Of a DNA stretch of 64,000 nt, positions 57,101 to 64,000 are shown in pieces. The stretch's first letter is position 1; every line of letters begins with the position of its first letter. The translations under genes were made by a program, and so were the position numbers. Origin of the DNA: Tubulanus polymorphus (taxonomy: Eukaryota > Animalia > Nemertea); contig NC_134031.1 in NCBI RefSeq assembly GCF_964204645.1, positions 19,227,910 to 19,291,909 on the forward strand, read 5' to 3'. The notes below the pieces were generated by a model. The model did not search any database, had not been told where the DNA came from, and saw nothing but the letters and a program-made list of their open reading frames with translations.

Positions 57101-60100
57101 GTTCTTTGTGCCAAGACAACAAGACACCGAAAATTCCAATTTCCTGACTTTCCCTGCAGGGCAAAATAAATCCCAGATTCATTGATCAGTAAGAATATCT
57201 GATAAATACTGTGAATTCTAACCAAGAACAAGACACCGAAAATGCGAATTCCCTGATTTTCAAGATCAGAGAAATCCAGAATTCCCCGATCTGTAAGAAT
57301 AACATGAACCCATTCAACCTGAAATAAACTTAACACAAACTCTTTCAAGTAAAACTACTGCTCTTAATTCAAGTTATGAGTTAACCAAACTCACGAAGGG
57401 AAAATACTTGCATTACACTTTTGGTAAATTTTAATTGTAAAATTCAAAACTTTTAATGATCAGCATCAGGTGATGTGTTGAGTCTTGTGTAAGGATAGAT
57501 TTTGTCCCTCAAAGGTTTTGATGTCAAATCAAAAGATACCGATACTTACCAAATCTTGAGGAATACTGAATTGACAGAGAGTTAAACCACAATTTCTGAT
57601 TGTCTGAAAAATGAAAATTCAAATCATTCACTGTCTTCGTAAAAGGGATATAAAAACAACACGATCGAGAGAGGTTAGAAATGTGTTGCTTACCGTGTCT
57701 TCAGAGGGATGATTTTCCATTGCGTCTAATATCAATTTAATTGTTTGCCTATAAACAATAAATAATTTCAATATATCAGTAATTTGATTCAAATATGAGA
57801 CCAACTTGGTTTCATAGTTGATATCTGACTCAGGGGTAAAACATCAAAAACGAATTTTTTTCTTACTCTTAGGGTCAAAGTTAACTGATAACTGGATTAT
57901 CAGTTCTACAGTAGTTTGTTTAAAAGCATTTTTAGGAGTGTTTAATGAACAATGAATCCTCTTTACACTGACCGTTTTTCTTGTAAAGTCATCCACTTCC
58001 GATCGAGTCGAACCAAATAGAAAATTGACGCACTGAAAATGAAAATTTCTCTAGAAAGGTTTTCAACAATTTTCTAAAATTGAATTTCAGGATAAGAAGT
58101 CGAATGAATTCAAGCATTTCTACAAACCTCGTCGATATTTGAATGTGTTTTTCTAACGGATGACGCTTCATCGCCAGCAATAACGCCTGAAATAGTAATT
58201 AATTTCTGGTGACTGTTGATAAAGGCAATTCTTATGAAAAATTGCAATCGGGCTTAGATAGGAATCGACATCCCAGAACCATGCAACATGAAGTTTTAGA
58301 CGAATTTCCGTAAAAAAATTCTGGATAACATTTAATTTCAAATTCGCAAATATTTCCAAAACCGGAATACGTCACATTGAAATACATTATCCGTACCGAT
58401 TTCTCGATGCCATGACGACATGATTCATTTGTAAGGTTCGATTAAAGTGTAAAAGTTCAACGGAGAATTGTGAGAAAGCGAACCGTAAATCAATCGATCC
58501 TAGACGTGTCTTTATCTTTTAATAATGAGTTATAGATTCATGACAATCAGTGACATATGTTCAATTCTACATTGTAACAGCTTGTGCATTCTGATGCCTA
58601 TACATTTCCTAGTAAAGTACATTATTTCACATTTTTGTAGCGATAAAAAATCCTGACTTGTTCTTCGTTGAGCTCGTGCAAATTTTCAAGCTCAGGTCGA
58701 TTTACGAACCTATCAGATCGTAAGGTGATCTGATCAGGTCGTTAAGTCAACCTGGACCCGGTTCCACATTTGTGAGTTAGAGTTAACTCTGAGTTAAAAT
58801 TAGTTCATTTTCAATGAGTTAACTGTGGAACTGGGTCCTGAGCTTATTTTAAGACATCTAAAAATACAGTCCACCGACGAAAATACCCCACCCTCGGTTT
58901 TCCACTTGATGACAAAAATCTAGTTCATCGCCAAGTGATGTGATGATGATAAATATGATGATAATTACCTGAAGTGCGGCTGAAGAATGTTCGCTGTTCA
59001 CGTGACGCAGAATTAAGAACAATCGATCTAAAGCTTTCAGTAGCGGACCTTCGCGATCTACGTACATTTTAACGGATAAAATCAGCTGCTCTTCATTAGC
59101 GTCACCAGTAATCTGAATAAGAAACAAATCACTGACCGCACGAACCGTAGCCAGTCCTACAGTTGTGAATTTTACTCTAATGAGCACCAAATCCAATCAG
59201 CTATCCTGCTAGTAGGCGTGCGTATAAATAAGACAATTCACTCAAATTCTCATTCATTTTCAATTTACTGTCGTCTAAATAATGCACATGAAGCATTAGG
59301 TAAATCTTATTTCTTTCTTTCTTAATAAACTCAGATCTCAAGGGTGCATAAAATAATGGCATAATTCATATTCAATCATTGAACATATCAATCAAGAAAT
59401 CTGAAACTGACCCCGGTTAATCTTTTAAGTAATCAAATACAGACATATTTTCGAATTTTTTCATGGAACTTCCCATCCATGATCGGCACAATTGGGGAAT
59501 CGTTACACACCTGTTTTGCTGGAATATTTTCTCTCTGACACGGGGAATCTACGCATTGAAATAAACCTAAAAAGTCAAAGTATCTGCCTTCTAAACCATC
59601 AATAGGACATTTCGATTCCGACTCTTGCCTGAAATGGGAAAGTGATCAAAAATTAACAGAACGGGGATGAACATACCTCTGGTCATTCCAGAATTTGCGG
59701 ACTACTGTCCATCAGGATCCCTACAGATCAACTCATTTTATAATCTAGTAACCGTCCAGTAAGTAAAACAAATCCTGGACCTAAACTACACTGATTTAGG
59801 CGTAGTCTATTGATGGTGCAACTCTTTCTAAAAATTGAAGGATTTTTTAAGGGGTTTCAGGCATTTTGCTCAAATCAAAGGAGTTTCAAATACCTTTAAA
59901 AAGTATTTTCCACTAAGAACGAGTTCTTAAGGAACCAGTTGTAGGGACCCCGTGCATATGAGTGGAAGCAGGGTTCAGGGTGTGTGGTTAAAACTACCTG
60001 AGGGTCGAATCATCGAGTCTATGAGACGTGGGTTCGTATGGCCGGATTCCGGGCAGGTCTGTTCCCGATAAATCCAGTGACCTCAACTCAGGCAGTCCTC

Positions 60101-60996
60101 TTACCAGATTAGCTACGTGCACGCTGGCATTCGGATATTTCACTGGACTACTGATGTCGCAATCCTGCGATAAGTCTAAATGACGTAAACGTTTCAGCCG
60201 CGTTAGAACGTCGACGGCCGACTGCATCGCGTGATTCAAACGCACGTCGTAAAGAATCAACGAAACGAGATATTTCATATCCGCGAGACGATGCATCGAC
60301 GATATATCGATATCGCACTTCGATAGATCGAGATAACTCAGTTTATCTAACGGGTTTAAAATCACGGCGATCAAATCGTTCGCGGAGGGATACGCCGGTG
60401 GTAAGTCCGTCTGATCGTCCGGCCGTTCATTAACGATCGAATGAAGCGACAACAGCCGCAATTCGCGGCAATCGAAAATGAAATCGCGTCCGAATTTAGC
60501 CGGGGGTGGCGCCATCGTCGTTGGGCGGTGAAATCTCAACCGAGTCGAACAGACGTCGAGGGCTATCGGTTAAACGTAACGCGCGCAGATTCCGACAGTA
60601 TTTGTTAATCAAATGCACGACGCGTTCGGACACGTTCGGGCAGAATGATAAATCAACGTCGAAAAGACCGTGCCTCGCGAGTATCTCAAAACCCTCGTCG
60701 CCGATTTCGCTGTTGCATAAATTTGCGCGATGCAACTTCGTGCGCGTTGTGTCCTCGAACAGACGCACGAACGAGTTGTTTATCACGTAGCCCATATCGA
60801 TGTATTTGTTGAAGAGGCTTTCGCAGATTTCGCCCGGTAGGACGACTCCTTCGCGCAGGCTGTAGTTACCGCAGTCGTCCACGTAGCTGATCGAATCGTC
60901 CAGATGCAGAACGCATTGTTCCAAACACAGGTCCTGCAACGATGCGACGGCGCCATCTTTATTCCGACGATGAAAATCGCTGCAATCGCTCTCCAT
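54113..60996 (-). CDS. ZER1: ZER1/ZYG11-family Cullin-2 E3 ligase substrate receptor (VHL box, LRRs, ARM repeats); frameshift in coding exon 1
   Basis: Exons 60996-59998 (needs a +1 shift near 60500), 59628-59511, 59112-58969, 58186-58128, 58032-57973, 57748-57694, 57603-57550, 56941-56765, 56435-56345, 56254-56184, 56101-56054, 55962-55895, 55640-55452, 54958-54861, 54291-54113. Motifs SLQDLC, LRSLDLSGTDL, ITGDANEEQL, VAWSTMWNITDETPKNC, LLRNMMGLMGNVAE, DGIEVSYNASGVLAHM, RNINYRSFEPIL, WATWALCNL. ~802 aa if the frame is restored. Confidence 0.92.
55040..55292 (+). mobile_element. 5'-truncated LINE (L2/CR1-like) ORF2 C-terminal remnant in ZER1 intron
   Basis: LDGLAPVNLKSLSHQYVPRRPLRSS...AGHAAFTFIAPILRNALPQNI matches the typical L2/CR1 ORF2 tail (GLAP.YL...Y.P.R.LRS...AF...AP.LWN.LP). 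Ends with AATAAA and a (TCATTA)n-like tail. Confidence 0.7.
58752..58840. mobile_element. MITE family A copy (internally deleted)
   Basis: CTGGACCCGGTTCCACA...CTGTGGAACTGGGTCCTG. Confidence 0.7.
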
Positions 60997-63900
60997 ACCG
61001 ACGCACGTTGGAATTTCAGCTGAAACGAAAGAAGTAACTTTAACGTCACCAGAGAGGTCAGGGTAGGGCCTATAGCATGTGGATGACCTTGTTTTTTTTA
61101 AATCCGAGTTCCGCACATTTTCACTTACGAATACTTTTTTTCACATTTCCATATATATCTTAATTATAAAAGGTCCCGAAAACGAGCCTCTCAGCAGCAG
61201 GCTTCGAATTTCAAAAATCAAGTATAAGAACATTCAAGCAAGTGACGCTCCTGGTGCTGACAGATTCATACCCAATATTAATAAAATTTTAGAAAATTCC
61301 ACCGAAGTACGATGTATCTTAGATTAAGAATATTGCTATATCGCTCGTAAACCCCACACAGTGACAGGCAGTGAGCTGCTATCTTTCAGAAAATATTATC
61401 ATGGCATGTGATATTTTGACAATGCGGTATTCCTGTAAGGCCTAGCCCTATTTCGCACTATGATAGTAACACTAATTAAAATCGACTATAGACCACTTTC
61501 AGTTCAGTTCGACGACAAAATTGGGGACTTTTTATACCTCACTCGAGTGGCTTTCAATTATTGGAAATGTCTCGGAGAATTTATCCCCGGGGAATTTATC
61601 TCGAAAACATTAAGTTACAGTCTGATAACATTGATGCAACATTTATAAATCAAAGGACAAGGTAGGATCTTCGAAGTTTTGCTGACATTTTGTCATTTTA
61701 TTTGGGTCATGTTGCGTATCAAGATTCTACATTCTAAGGGTTCGAGTCCCGGTATTTTTGCGCAATTAAATTCAAGCCAATGTAGAATTTATTTTGCAGA
61801 AACGGTAGCAACTTAACGAGTGCTGGAAAAATTCAAATACTTTCGATACAGCTATTCGCAAAGAGAGAAAAGACAACAAGTTGGATTTTATTGTGAATGT
61901 AGTGATACGGGTGTATTGCGACCGGCTATGGTACTCGTGCGGTCTGGCGCGGAAGCGGCGGCGGATGCCAAAATTTGAATCGAAATAGAAACATCGATTG
62001 ATAACTTTCGCTTTATCTCATCAGAAGCCCAAAGGATCAGGTTGAAGTGTCAAAGCGCCTCCAGGAAGATCCTAACTGCAGCAACCGGCGAACCCGAGAC
62101 ACGCGCCCGGCAGCCCGAGTAACGTCGGCAAATTATGATACCTAAACCATTTTACTCAAAGAGACTCATTTGCATATTCAAAAGTCACGAGTTGAGAATG
62201 GAAATGACAATAAAACACGATACTTTTGTAAACACTACGAGGGGTACCCGAGGCAAACCGGCTTGCCCACGCGGAGTCTCGAGTACTTTTCAGGTACTTA
62301 GCCTAGAAAGTAGAAATTCCCTTCGTCGGACAAAAAAGTCACGGAGTGTTTGTCTCGCCACGCTTCTAATCAGTCAAACGGCAATACGATCGCACCCATG
62401 TACTTTTAGAATTTATATCGACATAACTAATGATAAAAAAGTTGGCTTGCCCGGATCCGTGCAATGTATTGAATTTCGGAAAGAGCCATCGAACAAAATA
62501 ATAGGATTTCAACGACAATATTAGTACCACCCCTCAAATCGTAGTTCATGGTAACAGCGAAGGTAAAAAATGATCGGTAGTTCCGCCTTTCGATGTATAG
62601 CTGAATTGCCATCTGCAACCGGACTGCAACTTGCTTGGAAAAAAAGAAACATTGCCTTCATTTGAATTCTTCAGCATAAGAATCATAAAATGACAGTCAC
62701 TGAAGGAAAAACGAAGTAACAGTACATTATTACACAAAACATGAAAAGTACATCTGCACTACAGGCCAGACTTTGTAGACAGTTACTAAAAGTTTACCCC
62801 CGGGCAACAATAGTCTGAGCAAATACGTTTTTACTACTATTGAACTCTAGGGTTAGGAATACTTTAAATATATCTCCATAATAAATACATTTTCATAGAT
62901 CTCCTCATTTTCACATTAAGCCCAAAGGTAGAGTTCGATACCAAGAACACGCCCTAGAATTATTCATGTCAACGTTATAGTAAATTTAAGATCACTACCC
63001 AGCTGCCAAGTTTATCAATATGAGTGAATTAGTTTAAACAGAACCGAATCACATTCTAACCACAGTTTATAGATCACTCATTACCGGTGACGTTGCGATC
63101 AACTTTCCACACTTCTCAAAACCTAAATAGTATTCTAAATATAAAATCTCGGAACAAGAATAGATATTTCGTTTTATAATACAGGCCCGGATCGGGTCAA
63201 AAGGACCCGACACGAGAATTGTATGTATTTCACAGAAAAATGCGTTTGGCGGCTGTGACAGGTTGAAGGACGCGCAGCCAGTTCACCGCATTTTCCGTTT
63301 ACCCTTGAACTGCGGGAAGAGTTTTATGTGCCATCATAAAAAATCGAAGTCATGCTGACTCTTCAGAGTTCACAGACTGTGCGTATAAGTACATCGTAGT
63401 GGAGGTGTCTGGAAAAAAATGAGATTTTCATCGCACTGTGTTCCTCATTTTATGCATGTATAAAGTCTACGAATTTTCATATGCAAATTGCTAATACATA
63501 TTATAATACATTTTCATTTCTTTTCGGTATAAAACGCCTACAGGGCATCTTTTTATAACGTATTTCATTTACTTCGTATTTGTTCCCATCCTGGCCCATT
63601 GCGTAATCGTCACTCCGGGCGACTGGTATATGGTTGGTCTTGAAACTGTCTTGGCAGTGCAATGTTGGCCCGATCCGATATTCCCGTGTGAATGAGATAA
63701 GATTTCGTAAGAACAGATTGCACGTCTTCGGGACAAATCTTCAGATTTATGTGTAAAATAGATAATCATTCATCCAATTTCAAAATTATGTTTGGAAAAA
63801 ATACGAAGGTAATTTTCAGCTATTTCTCAATCATAGACCTGTGCACACCCCCATAATGACCTTGGCGAATACCGCAGACGTGGATGGAACCAGTACGGTT

Positions 63901-64000
63901 GAACTTACTCAAAAACTCAAACCTGTTCAGGCTGTCGTTAGTTCAACATCAGACCAAAGCCATTCAGATATACGTTTATCAATTTATGGCTCTTTTTGTT

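Noticed and set aside
61995-62030. Hammerhead-like core CTGATGA...GAAA on minus strand (also near 32874)
   Set aside because: Could not form stems I and III or place an NUH cleavage triplet.
61900-64000. Possible additional gene at window end
   Set aside because: Scattered splice-like sites and short frames, but no consistent exon chain or recognisable protein.

Overview
AT-rich, intron-containing animal (invertebrate, probably lophotrochozoan; species not determinable here) genomic DNA, so the ORF track shows only exon fragments. I rebuilt spliced models by hand from GT-AG sites and exon phase. Left to right: (1) 3' part of a class A peptide-type GPCR (+). (2) 12-exon argininosuccinate synthase (+). 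(3) An unrecognised 3-exon secreted 8-Cys protein (-) whose last codons and stop are amplified as a 6x43-bp array. (4) An unrecognised TATA-driven 62-aa secreted Pro-rich peptide precursor ending in Gly-Arg (+). (5) A DUF885-family putative metallopeptidase (-) with signal peptide, GPI-like tail and two homologous, apparently mutually exclusive exons just before the HExxPGHH motif. (6) An orphan 226-codon ORF. (7) A 156-aa prepropeptide (-) with repeated PEL motifs, basic cleavage sites and a cationic one-disulfide C-terminal peptide. (8) A 15-exon ZER1/ZYG11-family gene (-) with a +1 frameshift in coding exon 1. MITEs, a foldback element, a tRNA-derived SINE head, a LINE 3' remnant and tandem repeats lie in between. 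No database searches were run; family assignments rest on recognised motifs.
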